Of a stretch of 64,000 nucleotides of DNA, positions 27,797-38,341 are shown piece after piece. The DNA lies in the IMG/VR virus record IMGVR_UViG_3300028830_000283, one strand, 5' to 3'. This DNA is from a virus. Both the position numbers and the translations under genes were made by a program. A model generated the notes under the pieces. That model searched no databases. It was not told the origin of the DNA and saw only the letters and a program-made list of their open reading frames with translations. Each line of letters opens with the position of its first letter. Within the stretch, counting starts at the first letter, position 1.

Positions 27797-29065
27797 TTAC
27801 GCGTTCGTCTGAGCGACCGTATTGGTCTGGTTCGCGCGGCGAATGAGCGCGCCCGAGCGACCGTCGCCGTCGAGCCCGTAATTGCCTCTCCACGTGAGAG
27901 CGCGCAAATACAAGTCCGAACCGTAGCCGTTCGCGCCGAGCCACATTCTCCATTCGTTGCCGTCGAAATCGGCGACGTCGAAATCTTTTTCGACGAAACG
28001 CTCGACGTCAGCCGTTTCCATAAAATAAAAACGGTCTTCGTCGCAGTCGGCGTCCTCGATGTATTTGACGCCGTTCTCGATGTATTTCGACGGAACGCCG
28101 GTCGAAACGCCGGTTCCGGCGCTTTCGGACACGATCATCATGCGGTAGCCGAAACCCTGCTGGCGCAGCACCGACATGTTGTTGCGGGTCGTGAAGCATT
28201 TGAGCGTCACTTCGGAGTCGTTGCGTTTGGTCGCAACCTTCGTTTTGATCGTTTCGACATCCGCGGGCGAGGGAACCGCGCCGGCGAGATCGACTTCCGG
28301 ACAGTTGTAATCCGGATGAAGAGAGGTGTCGATGCCCTGCAGAATGCGATTCGTCGGGCTGAAGATCTGCGCGAAGCCGCGCGGCGCGTTCATGTAGGAC
28401 CCGATATCGACGATCGGATCGCCGGAGGCGATCGTGCCGGAAATCAAGCTCATGACAAAGGAAGTTTTGCCCGGTGTCGTCACCTGGAACGTGCCGCGAA
28501 CGGCGCCGGTCGCCGGGTTGATCGCCTGGTATTTATGCAGGCGTTTTAAGCGAACCGCGCCTTTCGTGTGACCGGCGGTCAGCGCGGCGGCGGTTTCGCA
28601 ATTAACCGTGCCGGACGTGGCGATCGTCGTCGCCGAATATGCGAGCGCCGCGTCACCGATGCCGTAAAGCATCTGGTTCATGCGTTTCGCGCCGGCTTCG
28701 ACGTGTTTGTTGAGCACGTCGAGCAGCTTGATGATAAATTCGGATTTGCCCTCTTTCAGAGATTCGAGCAGCGCGACGTCGTACTGCATCGCGAGCGCGT
28801 AGCGCACCGGATAAACCCACATCGAAACCGATTGCGCGGGAAACGGCTCGTTATAAGACGAAGAGGCGCCGGAATAAAATCCGTGTCCGCCCGGCTCGAC
28901 TTCGAGCTGACGAATACGATAGCCGGCTTCGTCGATGTCCATCTTCTTGGTGGACTTTTTGATCTCGTCGATCCCGGGCGTATTCATTTCATAAGTATTT
29001 TTCAACTTTTTGTTGACGTTTTGACGCTGCGCGTCGCTTAAATTGGAAAGCAATGTTGCACCCAT
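27797..29065 (-). CDS. Major capsid protein
   Basis: 422 aa after scaffold; AAGGAG RBS; 'KRMNQMLYGIGDA', 'PRGFAQI', 'DADCDEDRFYFM' HK97-type motifs. Confidence 0.8.
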   Translation of the reverse strand: MGATLLSNLSDAQRQNVNKKLKNTYEMNTPGIDEIKKSTKKMDIDEAGYRIRQLEVEPGGHGFYSGASSSYNEPFPAQSVSMWVYPVRYALAMQYDVALLESLKEGKSEFIIKLLDVLNKHVEAGAKRMNQMLYGIGDAALAYSATTIATSGTVNCETAAALTAGHTKGAVRLKRLHKYQAINPATGAVRGTFQVTTPGKTSFVMSLISGTIASGDPIVDIGSYMNAPRGFAQIFSPTNRILQGIDTSLHPDYNCPEVDLAGAVPSPADVETIKTKVATKRNDSEVTLKCFTTRNNMSVLRQQGFGYRMMIVSESAGTGVSTGVPSKYIENGVKYIEDADCDEDRFYFMETADVERFVEKDFDVADFDGNEWRMWLGANGYGSDLYLRALTWRGNYGLDGDGRSGALIRRANQTNTVAQTNA

Positions 29066-29149
29066 TTTTTACACTCCTTTTTCGAAAAAAAATTTTGATC
29101 TGTTTCGAAAGAAAAAGCGCGTTCCGGGTAACGACACCGGGCGGAGCGA

Positions 29150-30553
29150 TTAATTGCTGCTGTTGATGATGTCTGCGAAGCTCATGTTCGAGACATCGAC
29201 CGAGTCGGCAGCAATCCCGCCTCCGCCGGCATCGATCGCCGGTCGTGCGTTATCTTTCTGCTGTTTAAGCAGAGCGTCTGTTTCCGTCGCCGCTTTTTTC
29301 GTGCTCTTTTCGACCGCTTCGGCGACCGCCGCCGCAATCTCGTTGGCGCGTCCCGCGAGCTGTTTCTGCGTCGTCATGATTTCCGAGGCGTAGTAATCGA
29401 CCGCCGACTGGTTTTTCTTCCAGGCGGCGACGGTGATCAGGCGCGAATCGGTTTCGAGTTTTTTGACGAGCGTGGCGGTTTCTTCGGGAATCGTCAGACC
29501 GAAGTCAGCGAGGTCCTGCGCGGCGCGTTTTCCGGCAAAGGTTTCGCCCATCGTGACGACGGTCAAAACTTTGTCGTAAACGGTCGATTGAAGAAATGCG
29601 TTAAGGCGCGGATCGGAAACAAATGGAATCTGCTTGAGTTTTTCCGCGAACTCGAGAGAAGCCGCATCGAAATTTTTAAGCGTGGTCTCTTCGACCGCCG
29701 CGTTGAATTTCTTGATGTTCTCGGCTTGTCGGGTCTCATTTTCCTTTTGCGCTTCCCGTTCTTTTTCGATCTCCGCTTCGGCACGTTTCAGGAGTAATTC
29801 CTGCGTCGCCGCCGACATGAACCGAAAATCATCGCGCTCTTCTTTGGAAAGCCGCTGATAGGCGGCGTGTCTTTCCGGTTTAATGAGCGGCAGATTCGGA
29901 TCGTCCGACGCCGGCGCGCTCTGATAGCGCGCGCGCAATGCGGTATCGATTTCCGGGATGAGCAGAATCTCGTCGAAAATCGATCGTCCCGGACTCATCG
30001 GAGAATCCTGCGAAACGAGCGAATTGACGAGCTCGATGGCTCGGTCTGAATCGGTTTTGACGAGACGCTCCGCAAAAGCCGGAATGCGCGAGACGAGATT
30101 TCCGTCCCTTTCTTCAAAACCGTAGAGATCCTCGCGAAAGGATTTGAGTTTTTCGAGTTCATCGCGATTTCCGTAAACGCGGAAACCGCTTAGTTCCTGT
30201 TCGGCTTGGGTCAATTTCGAGCGCGTGTGCGTGATGGCGTTTTTGAACCATTTGCCCGTTCTCTTATCTTCCAAAGCCTTGTCGATCGCTTCGTCGGTGA
30301 TCTCCTCGGTTTCGGCTTCTTCAGGTGTGCCGGTTTCGACCGCTGATTCTTCGCCTTTGACTTCGGTTTCCGTGTCTGCGATTGCGCCGTTTTCGCCCGA
30401 TGTTCGATCGGCAGCCGAATCCGTCAAGGATTCTGCCGCTGGAGGCGCTTCCGGCGTGATTCCACTCTCTTCCGATGCGCCGCTCGCGGCGGCGTCATCC
30501 GGGACGGCTGGCGGAGTGCTGCCCTCGTCCGCAAAAATATCTTCAAAATTCAT
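29150..30553 (-). CDS. Putative scaffolding protein
   Basis: Acidic disordered N-terminus, coiled coils, between portal and MCP. Confidence 0.65.
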   Translation of the reverse strand: MNFEDIFADEGSTPPAVPDDAAASGASEESGITPEAPPAAESLTDSAADRTSGENGAIADTETEVKGEESAVETGTPEEAETEEITDEAIDKALEDKRTGKWFKNAITHTRSKLTQAEQELSGFRVYGNRDELEKLKSFREDLYGFEERDGNLVSRIPAFAERLVKTDSDRAIELVNSLVSQDSPMSPGRSIFDEILLIPEIDTALRARYQSAPASDDPNLPLIKPERHAAYQRLSKEERDDFRFMSAATQELLLKRAEAEIEKEREAQKENETRQAENIKKFNAAVEETTLKNFDAASLEFAEKLKQIPFVSDPRLNAFLQSTVYDKVLTVVTMGETFAGKRAAQDLADFGLTIPEETATLVKKLETDSRLITVAAWKKNQSAVDYYASEIMTTQKQLAGRANEIAAAVAEAVEKSTKKAATETDALLKQQKDNARPAIDAGGGGIAADSVDVSNMSFADIINSSN

Positions 30554-30654
30554 AATTTTTATTTTTCGGTTCTGGTTTTTGTTTCCCGACCGCCGGTTTT
30601 CGCGTCAAAAACCAAAGAAAACCGGATAAAACCGACGGCAAGGGATTTTGCTGA

Positions 30655-30726
30655 GAAAAGAAAAAAGCCGAATGTCTGCAAAGCTGCACTTTGCAAACAT
30701 TCGGCTTTCGATAACTCGTAAAAGCT
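30655..30726 (-). terminator. Conserved leader + terminator, copy 2
   Basis: Minus strand TTTTACGAGTTATCGAAAGCCGAATGTTTGCAAAG-TGCAG-CTTTGCAGACATTCGGCTTTTTTCTTTT. Confidence 0.8.
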
Positions 30727-30743
30727 CTTTTCTCTAATTTTTC

Positions 30744-30794
30744 ACGGAAGAGCGTTTTTCAGGCTTTTCAGCTTCGGAAAAAACGCTCTTCCGT
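30744..30794. repeat. 16-bp perfect inverted repeat (hairpin)
   Basis: acggaagagcgttttt ... aaaaacgctcttccgt. Confidence 0.85.
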
Positions 30795-30819
30795 ACTTCT
30801 GGCGAAATCAAGTGTAAAT

Positions 30820-31056
30820 TTATTTCGCGCAAAATTCAATTCCTTTTTCTTCCTGAAGCAGCGATCTTCGAGCTTCGACTTTTTTCATCAGTTTGCGAAG
30901 ACGGTTTTCGAATTCTTTGATGAGGTGAAGATCGGGACAAATTTCGACGTAATGCTCCAAAGTGACGACGGAAACCTTCAAATCGCGGACGGCTTCATTA
31001 ACGTTGAACGGCGGCAAAAATTTTTCTTCCTGTCCGAGATTTTTTATTTTGTTCAC
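30820..31056 (-). CDS. Small hypothetical protein (78 aa)
   Basis: ORF directly after portal. Confidence 0.55.
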   Translation of the reverse strand: MNKIKNLGQEEKFLPPFNVNEAVRDLKVSVVTLEHYVEICPDLHLIKEFENRLRKLMKKVEARRSLLQEEKGIEFCAK

Positions 31057-31059
31057 GAA

Positions 31060-33669
31060 TTATTTGCTCGTCTGGCGCTTGTTTTCGGCAAGCGCCATCT
31101 GTTTGTTGGTATCGATGATCTGACCGGGCAAAGCTCCGGCGGTCGAGATCGCGCCAGCCATCGCGCTGATCTGCGAAGCGCGGATCGCGCCAGCCATAAA
31201 ATGCGCGTTGATAAAAGCGTAAACGACTTCGCGCAGCTCGGGCGATAAATTTCTGCCTTCGTCGGTATCGAGAAAACCGGAAAACCAAGCCGCCTTCTCG
31301 CCGTGATTATCCTCGTACGGCGAAACCGGATTGCGGATCTTCGCGATGATCGCGGCGGCAGCGGCGGCTGCCGGAGTCTGAACGCCAGCCGGCGACGGCG
31401 ATGTCATTGACGGCTGGCTGACGGGATTCGGCGCAAGATTTTCGCTTCGTTCTTGTCCGATCGATTCGGGCATTTCCGGCAGCTCTTCCTCCAGCATGCC
31501 GCTTGCCGGCATTTCCGGCGCATTCGACTGAAGACCTGCGACGAGGCGGCGCACTTGCTGTTCGATCTGCGCGAAACTGCGCTGAACGCCGCGGGCGTCT
31601 TCAAAACGCTGGCGGGAAATCTGCTCGGCTTCGTCGAAATTGTCGATCTCGAATTCGACGTTGTACTTGCGCGAAACTTCGTTAAAAAATTTCGGGTTCG
31701 CGCTCTGAGCCTGCGCCGCGCCGGCAAGTCCGCCGGCAGCCAATAAAAAGCGGTCGATGTCGTCCCGGACGGTGTATTGCGTTTTCGGGATTTCCGAATT
31801 CCTGACCGCTTTGAACACTAAATCCTTATCGAGATCGGCGCCGGATAAATAAACGCCGTTCTGGGCTCCGAATTTCGATCCGAGAGGAAAGTACTGCTTG
31901 ACGGGAACGTTTTTGCGATAACCCTGAACGTAGATTTCTCCGGCGCGGACTCTGACGTCAGTTTTCACGCCGAGCATCGGCATAAAAACGGAATTGGCGT
32001 AAGCTTCGCCGATCTGCGCGCCGGTCGCCGTCTTGTTATCGACGCCGGGAATTCCGCCGGAAAAATTAGTGACATGCATCGTCAGCTGCAGCATGTTGTG
32101 AAGATTCTGCGAATAGTACTGGATCAGCCCGGCGTCGATCATGCCGACGCGCGGGCTCGCAATGATGTCGTTGATCGAACGAATGTTATCGAACTGATCG
32201 AAATTGATCGGGATCGCCACGTCCGGATTGCCCAAGTACTGGCGATATTCCTTATCGATCGCGCCGGCGGCGTAAACGGTCGCCGGCGTCGCGTTATGCT
32301 TCATCGCGAGAAAAGCCTGCGAATCGGTTTCGTTGTAACGCTTGTTGATCTCGACCGAGTCGGAAATTCCCTGACCGGCGCCGGAATGCTGGCGGGCGTG
32401 CCAGGTACCGGTCGTCAGCTCATCCGTATGCGTGGCGCGCGGGTAAACGCCGAGCAGTATATTAAAGCCGGTCGCGCCGACGAAATAAGCTCCTTCGGGA
32501 TAAATTTCGGCGTAGGAGGTATTTCCGGGAAGAGTTTCGCCGCAAACCGTTTCCTCACCGCCGTCACGGGTGCGCAAACCGGTCAGGTCGTCCGCCGACA
32601 AATAAAACTCGGTGAGTTTCAGACGCTCTTTGTAAAGAGCGGATTTGACCTCCGCTTCGGTCACGTTCTGTTTGCCGTTCGCGGAAAGCCCGGCACGCGC
32701 CAGCGATTCGACGACCATCAAGCCGTAATCGTTATGATTGGTTTTGTCTTCCGGAAGCTCGATATTTCCGAAGAGCCGGCGAAACGCTCCGAGAGATGTC
32801 ATCTGCTCGTAGATGAACCATTTGGATTTTTCCGCCGGAACGTGCAGATCCCATCGCGAAGCCGGAAATTCGAGCTGGCGGATTTCGAAATCTCCGAGAT
32901 TGACGTTTTCGCGGCGCGTTTCGACATCGAAGAACTGCTCGACCGGCGGCTCGGCATAGGCATTAAAGGACGAACAGTGCGGGCATGACGGAAACGATTC
33001 GCTCGTGCGCAAAAATTCCGCGCCGGTGCCGCTTGCTCCGCATTCGAAACACTGCCCGACGCCGCTCGAGATCGGAATTTTGCGCGTCTCGAAAATCTTT
33101 CGAATCGCCTGCCAGCCTTTGATCGACGTGTTCCAGCGGATCTGGTTGACCTGCGTGCCGAAAGACATCATGTTGAGAGCTTCCGAACGGTTGAAACCGT
33201 TCGTATAGAGCTTGTTTTCGTAATGCTCGACGATCACGCTGGCGGCTTTTGCCGCCTGCAGGCAGCGATCGTCTTCGCGGGCGGCGATCACTTCGATACG
33301 CGGGTTCGACGACATGTAGCGCGATTCGCAATTCGTTTCGTAAAAGCGCATGAGCGGCGTCACGCGCAGTTTGTCGTTCTGCCGCTCACGCGCGTTTACC
33401 GGGACGCTGTAAAAAGATTTCGTGAACCGGTTGAATTTGAGGTTTTGTTTGCCCTGGATGAAAAGGCTCGTCAAGTGACCGATGCTGATCAGATCGTGCC
33501 AGACCTCCTGATCGAGGCTCATGTAGTGATCGTAACGCTCGCGCACGGCATCGGTCAGATACTGCCCGTCTTTTTGTTTCGAGCGGTCGCGTAGGTTTTG
33601 CAGCGGTTTGAGCGGCGCATAATTCTTGCCCGCCTTGAGCGATAGATTTTCGAGCGGTTGTTCTGGCAT
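31060..33669 (-). CDS. Portal protein (869 aa) with zinc-ribbon insertion
   Basis: 'NPRIEVIAAREDDRCLQAAKAASVIVEHY', 'GQGISDS', 'KTATGAQI'; CFECG..CPHC insert; between terL and scaffold. Confidence 0.8.
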   Translation of the reverse strand: MPEQPLENLSLKAGKNYAPLKPLQNLRDRSKQKDGQYLTDAVRERYDHYMSLDQEVWHDLISIGHLTSLFIQGKQNLKFNRFTKSFYSVPVNARERQNDKLRVTPLMRFYETNCESRYMSSNPRIEVIAAREDDRCLQAAKAASVIVEHYENKLYTNGFNRSEALNMMSFGTQVNQIRWNTSIKGWQAIRKIFETRKIPISSGVGQCFECGASGTGAEFLRTSESFPSCPHCSSFNAYAEPPVEQFFDVETRRENVNLGDFEIRQLEFPASRWDLHVPAEKSKWFIYEQMTSLGAFRRLFGNIELPEDKTNHNDYGLMVVESLARAGLSANGKQNVTEAEVKSALYKERLKLTEFYLSADDLTGLRTRDGGEETVCGETLPGNTSYAEIYPEGAYFVGATGFNILLGVYPRATHTDELTTGTWHARQHSGAGQGISDSVEINKRYNETDSQAFLAMKHNATPATVYAAGAIDKEYRQYLGNPDVAIPINFDQFDNIRSINDIIASPRVGMIDAGLIQYYSQNLHNMLQLTMHVTNFSGGIPGVDNKTATGAQIGEAYANSVFMPMLGVKTDVRVRAGEIYVQGYRKNVPVKQYFPLGSKFGAQNGVYLSGADLDKDLVFKAVRNSEIPKTQYTVRDDIDRFLLAAGGLAGAAQAQSANPKFFNEVSRKYNVEFEIDNFDEAEQISRQRFEDARGVQRSFAQIEQQVRRLVAGLQSNAPEMPASGMLEEELPEMPESIGQERSENLAPNPVSQPSMTSPSPAGVQTPAAAAAAAIIAKIRNPVSPYEDNHGEKAAWFSGFLDTDEGRNLSPELREVVYAFINAHFMAGAIRASQISAMAGAISTAGALPGQIIDTNKQMALAENKRQTSK

Positions 33670-33671
33670 TT

Positions 33672-34061
33672 TTACGAATTCAGGATTTCTGTTTGGTTTT
33701 CATCGAAAAGCTTGCCGGCTTCTTCCGGCGGCATGCCGCTGCGGACGCACGATTGCACGAAAGCGTCTTTTTCGATTTGTATTGCTTCCGCTTCTTTTGC
33801 TTTAAGCAGTCGTTTTTGTTCTTCGAAAAATTCTTTTTCAAAACCGCCCGCATCGGTCGCCCGCTCGGCGGCGGCGCGGATCGGCGCGGCGCCGGAACGC
33901 TTCAATATCTCGTCGAGTAAAAATTCCTCGCGAATGCGGTGACGTTCCCGCTCGTCTTCGCGTTTTTTTTCGCTCGCTTCGTACTTTTTTTCAAATTGTT
34001 CGGCACGGCTTCGCCAAAAGCTCGCCGAGTCCGTGCCGAATAAAGAAGAAAGAAAGCTCAT
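33672..34061 (-). CDS. Hypothetical coiled-coil protein
   Basis: Operon packing. Confidence 0.65.
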   Translation of the reverse strand: MSFLSSLFGTDSASFWRSRAEQFEKKYEASEKKREDERERHRIREEFLLDEILKRSGAAPIRAAAERATDAGGFEKEFFEEQKRLLKAKEAEAIQIEKDAFVQSCVRSGMPPEEAGKLFDENQTEILNS

Positions 34062-34063
34062 TG

Positions 34064-34402
34064 TTAGACGTTAAAGTTTGAACGCGCCTGCGAATTGGGG
34101 ATTCCCGAGTCAGCGGTCAGCGCGATGAGCTGATCGACGGTCGTCAGCGGAGCGAGCAGCGCGTCGGAGATGTCGCCGATGGCGGCGGCTGTTTCGACGG
34201 CGCGCAAAAAACCGGGAAGCATCGGCTTGATCTCGTTATGACTGGTCGCGGCATTGACGGCGGTCGTAATGTTGGCGTTCAACAAAGCAATCGTGTCGGA
34301 GGCGGCGACGTTGGTATTGGTCAGAATTCCGAGTTCCTTCATTTCGCGGAAAGCGGCGCCGCATTTTTCGCTTAAACGAATCTGATCGGCATGTCTTGGC
34401 AT
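34064..34402 (-). CDS. Hypothetical protein (112 aa)
   Basis: AGGAG RBS. Confidence 0.7.
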   Translation of the reverse strand: MPRHADQIRLSEKCGAAFREMKELGILTNTNVAASDTIALLNANITTAVNAATSHNEIKPMLPGFLRAVETAAAIGDISDALLAPLTTVDQLIALTADSGIPNSQARSNFNV

Positions 34403-34461
34403 AATTTATATAGCTCCTGTTTTTGAATGAAAAAAGGGAGAAGGTTTTGTTTCGGGAAAAT

Positions 34462-34911
34462 TTAACTTTTTTTCGATCGGCGCGGCTGCGGCTGCACGGG
34501 CGGCGTCGCTTCGGTCGCTGCCGGCGCTTCGGCTGCTTCAGTCGATCCGTCGCCGTCGGCGTTGTCGGTCTTTTCCGGATCGCCGTCGGCGTTATCGACT
34601 GTGTCGTCCGTTTGATCGGCTGCGCCGTCGCCGTCGGCATTTATTTCCGCTTCATCTGTCGCCGGGACTTCCGACGCCGGGACTTCCGACGCCGCGCGCG
34701 CGGCTTCCTCATTGATGATGCGCGTCACGTGTTTGCCGAAACGCGTCGCATCGCCGCCTTTTTCGACGATTTCGAGAAGCTCGTATTTTTTCGTGTTCGC
34801 TAAAGCGTCCCACTCGACCGCTTCATGATCGATGCCGTGTTCCTGCGATTCTTTAAACTCTTCATCGAGAGACGCCGAATATGCGCGCTCTGCGATTTCT
34901 TTATTGACCAT
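34462..34911 (-). CDS. Acidic hypothetical protein (149 aa)
   Basis: AAGGAG RBS; 15-bp tandem repeat (ASEVP x2). Confidence 0.7.
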   Translation of the reverse strand: MVNKEIAERAYSASLDEEFKESQEHGIDHEAVEWDALANTKKYELLEIVEKGGDATRFGKHVTRIINEEAARAASEVPASEVPATDEAEINADGDGAADQTDDTVDNADGDPEKTDNADGDGSTEAAEAPAATEATPPVQPQPRRSKKS

Positions 34912-35048
34912 CAGATTCTCCTTTTTAATAAATTTAGAAAGTTTCGGGTAAATACTCTCAGGCTCAAATTTTCGCTTACGATTATTGCTTTGTCAAGAAA
35001 AATAAAATTATCGCGCAAGGGGCAAATTTTGAAGATTTTATAAATTCT

Positions 35049-37250
35049 TTAAAAGTCGAAATCGCTCTCGAAACCGTTCGGATCGGCGGCGCGGTCCGGA
35101 ACGTGATCGAGCGGCTCGCGATCGATCAAAGATTTTTCCGCCGACGGCAGCGGATCGGCGCCCGGAAGCGAATTGAGTCGCGGATCGTATTTTTTTCTGA
35201 CGCGTTTTTCGGCTTCGCGGTAAGCGTCCGAAAGCGCGAGCTGCTCGCCCATCGTCAAAGTCTTTTTCTCAGTCAGCTCTCTGATTTCTGCCGGCATCTC
35301 GGCTTTCAGGCGATCCTTTTGACTGCCTTCTTCGGATTTGAGGGCGTGGCTGATTCCGAGCGCGCGCAAGGGATCGACGATGTTGTCGAGTTCCTTTGCC
35401 GGGCGCATCGCCTTGACGGGTTTCCCGCGCTCCGATTCCGGATAGTGATAGGCAGATAACTCTTTTCGAACCTGCGCGAAATTGAGCACGCCGTCCGGCG
35501 CGTTCGAATAGGTGACCTGCCATTTGCCTTCGCGCTCGTTGAAAAAGAATTGATACTCGCTTTCCGTCCAGGCGACGAAAACGATCCGCGTGCGTCCCAT
35601 CAAAACGGGACGAAAAGGATTTTGAAGATGCTTGTCGATGATGTCGAAACGGTTCTGCAGTCCGGTGATGCCGGCATTGTAATCGGTTTCCCAGCTCTGC
35701 CAGTTTTCGGCATGCTCTCCCGACAAAACGGAGCGCAGTTCCTTCTGCTCGTGAGAAATTTTCGATACTTTCGGCGCGCGCGTGAATTTATAATATTCGT
35801 TTCTTAACCCCAGATCGCGCTCGTACTCGCGCCAGAGCTTGACGGCTTCGCGTTCCGTCAAACCGGTCGGCAGCAGCCACGTCGCGATGAAGACGAAAAC
35901 CGTGTCCTGAAAAATTGCCGGGTAAGTTTGGTTCGGCACGCCGGCGAGAACGTAGCCCCATTCGTGACCGTCGGTCTGCCCGTAATCGGAAAAACGCGAC
36001 CAGGAGAAATCGAGCGGGATCATAAATTTCCCGTCCGGCGCATAGAATTTATGATCGAGCTTAAAGGCTTTGAAAGCGGCGAGCAATTCCGCGCGCGAAA
36101 TGAACAGATAATTTTCGTCGAGTTTGAAGACCTTGCCGGGCTGCGACGCGTCGTAATCGCGATCGACTTCCTGCGCGATGTCCATCTGCGACATCTTCGG
36201 CGAGATGAAGCCGAAAGGGAGCGCCATGTACCAGCGTTTGTCTTTGAGCGGATTTTCCTTCCAGTCGAGCGTGAATTTGTCCGTCACGCCGTCGTGCGCG
36301 AGCTCGTAATATTTGTTGAGCTTGCCGGCGACTGAAGACAAAGGAATGATCGAGTCGGTCGTTTGCGAGAGCGATGTGAACTGCGGGTAGCCGGCGAAAG
36401 GATAAAACGCGAACTCGTCTAAAAAAGCGCACGTCACGCGGTCCGAACGCCCGACGGATTGCGTCGGCGCCGATCCTAAAAGCGACGAGAGATTTTCCGG
36501 ATTGTAAATGAATTTGTCAGCCGTCAGACCGCGCACGATGTCGAAGTTTTTCGGCAGCATCCATTTCGGCATTAAACGGATCTGAAAACGCAGGCGCTCG
36601 AAGATCGTGTTGAGATTCTTTTTCGAATCGACGGCATCCTCGATGCGCGACGAGAACAGCGCCGAAAAACCTTCGGTGAATCGCCAGTGATAAACCGACC
36701 AGCGCGTCGTGACGTCGGTCGCGCCCTCGTCGCGGCTCTTTTCGATGATGCCGGAAGTTTTATAAGTGAAAACGATTTTATCGAGCCAATCGACGAGCCT
36801 TTCCTGCGCCGGAAAAAGCACGAACGGCACGACCGAGAGCGGCGATCGCGGTCGCGGATCATAACCCCAGGCGTAATACTCGAACCAGTGTTTCGTGTCG
36901 GAAGCGCAGCGCTCGAGTTCGTCCTGAACCTTCGAAGCCGTATCGATCGACGCGAAATAATCGAGCCGTTTCTGCGCTGCTTCGGATGCGCGCGTCAGAT
37001 GCTTTTCGATGTATTCGAGCTGATACTCGCGAGCTTCGCGCTCGATCTCCGAGACTTCGATTCCCTTGCGCTTTTTCTCTTCGAGAATTTTGTGGATCCT
37101 CGCTTGAGAGTCCGGAATTTTGAGATAGGAATTAGACGCGACGAAAAGCGCGTTCTCCAGCTGGTGTCCGAGCGTGAGAGTAAACCCGCTCGATTTCGGC
37201 AGCCGGTACGCCGTTTCGTAAAGCTCGATGTCCGGAAGCGTTCCGCTCAT
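35049..37250 (-). CDS. terL: Terminase large subunit
   Basis: Walker A 'IIEKSRDEGAT', Walker B 'AFLDEFAF', coupling 'LSS', nuclease 'SDYG' and 'DNIVDPLR'. Confidence 0.9.
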   Translation of the reverse strand: MSGTLPDIELYETAYRLPKSSGFTLTLGHQLENALFVASNSYLKIPDSQARIHKILEEKKRKGIEVSEIEREAREYQLEYIEKHLTRASEAAQKRLDYFASIDTASKVQDELERCASDTKHWFEYYAWGYDPRPRSPLSVVPFVLFPAQERLVDWLDKIVFTYKTSGIIEKSRDEGATDVTTRWSVYHWRFTEGFSALFSSRIEDAVDSKKNLNTIFERLRFQIRLMPKWMLPKNFDIVRGLTADKFIYNPENLSSLLGSAPTQSVGRSDRVTCAFLDEFAFYPFAGYPQFTSLSQTTDSIIPLSSVAGKLNKYYELAHDGVTDKFTLDWKENPLKDKRWYMALPFGFISPKMSQMDIAQEVDRDYDASQPGKVFKLDENYLFISRAELLAAFKAFKLDHKFYAPDGKFMIPLDFSWSRFSDYGQTDGHEWGYVLAGVPNQTYPAIFQDTVFVFIATWLLPTGLTEREAVKLWREYERDLGLRNEYYKFTRAPKVSKISHEQKELRSVLSGEHAENWQSWETDYNAGITGLQNRFDIIDKHLQNPFRPVLMGRTRIVFVAWTESEYQFFFNEREGKWQVTYSNAPDGVLNFAQVRKELSAYHYPESERGKPVKAMRPAKELDNIVDPLRALGISHALKSEEGSQKDRLKAEMPAEIRELTEKKTLTMGEQLALSDAYREAEKRVRKKYDPRLNSLPGADPLPSAEKSLIDREPLDHVPDRAADPNGFESDFDF

Positions 37251-37325
37251 AAAAAGAAAAAGCCGAAATATTTATCCGCAAAAATTGATCGGATAGATAT
37301 TTCGGCTTTCGATAGCTCGTAAAAA
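37251..37325 (-). terminator. Conserved leader + terminator, copy 1, directly before the terL ATG
   Basis: Minus strand TTTTACGAGCTATCGAAAGCCGAAATATCTATCCG..CGGATAAATATTTCGGCTTTTTCTTTTT-ATG. Confidence 0.8.
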
Positions 37326-37365
37326 CCTTTTACCTATAGGCTTTGAATGCGCCTCAACTAAGCAA

Positions 37366-37776
37366 TTATTTAACCAAATATTTCAAACCCTTCGGAGCTT
37401 TAAATAAATCCATTCGTTTACTGTAATCGAACGGTTTTCTTCTATACGGGTGAATTTGACTATCGAAAATACGCGCCGCCATCTCGCGTCTTTTGCGAAG
37501 TCCGAGACGTGATTTCCCTGCTTTTCGCGGAATACCGGCTCCGGTTAATTGTTTATGCGAGTAACAAAAATCGTGATGAGTGTAGCTGCCCGGCGAAAGC
37601 ACATCACTCGAAATAATATTCGACGGCATTAAATTCACGACTAAAATTTGCGAATCGTATTTTGTCGGTTCAATAATTGAAGCGTCGAGTGTTGCTTCAA
37701 TCGTCTCGGCGGATAAAATTTCAATTTCTTTTTCTCGCTCGAGATAAGCTTTTATTTCTTCGTACTTTATAATCAT
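37366..37776 (-). CDS. Hypothetical protein (136 aa)
   Basis: AT-rich ORF between terS and terL. Confidence 0.6.
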   Translation of the reverse strand: MIIKYEEIKAYLEREKEIEILSAETIEATLDASIIEPTKYDSQILVVNLMPSNIISSDVLSPGSYTHHDFCYSHKQLTGAGIPRKAGKSRLGLRKRREMAARIFDSQIHPYRRKPFDYSKRMDLFKAPKGLKYLVK

Positions 37777-38098
37777 CGAATTTTATTAGACTGCAATTCT
37801 CACGCCGTAATCGTGCATATCCTGCAAACCGAGCCGGCGCAAAACTCTGAACATCGCTTCCGACGGTCGGCAGCTCTCGAACGGCACAAGCAGATCGACG
37901 TGCGCCGGCAAATAATTCATCCCGTTTGCAGCGAGAATTTTTTAATAAACTTTGTGCGGCTGGGAATCCTTTTCGAAACATTTGCAGCAACCGCATTCAA
38001 CCGGCGAAATAATGAAAATGTCGGGCGGACACTCTATACACGATGTAAATGTGAAACCGCCTTCGACAACTGTCGTATGCTGAAAATTCTTGCAGATT

Positions 38099-38329
38099 CT
38101 ACAAATCGTATTTGTTTTCATAAAAACTCGCTGTGCTTGTGTTTTCTATTTTACTGATCGTAAACGTACCTTTTGAGTGTAATTTTTTCCATTCTTCAGC
38201 CGCTAATTCAAAACGCCTGTCAACTTCATCGCGGGAAATAGTTCCGTTTGAAAATGCGATTAAATCTTCGCCGCTTCCGAAATTTATCAAATCGCTCTTT
38301 TTCAAAACGACGTTATTTGCATCATCCAT
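38099..38329 (-). CDS. Hypothetical protein (76 aa)
   Basis: ORF after terS. Confidence 0.5.
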   Translation of the reverse strand: MDDANNVVLKKSDLINFGSGEDLIAFSNGTISRDEVDRRFELAAEEWKKLHSKGTFTISKIENTSTASFYENKYDL

Positions 38330-38341
38330 ATTTTTATCATA

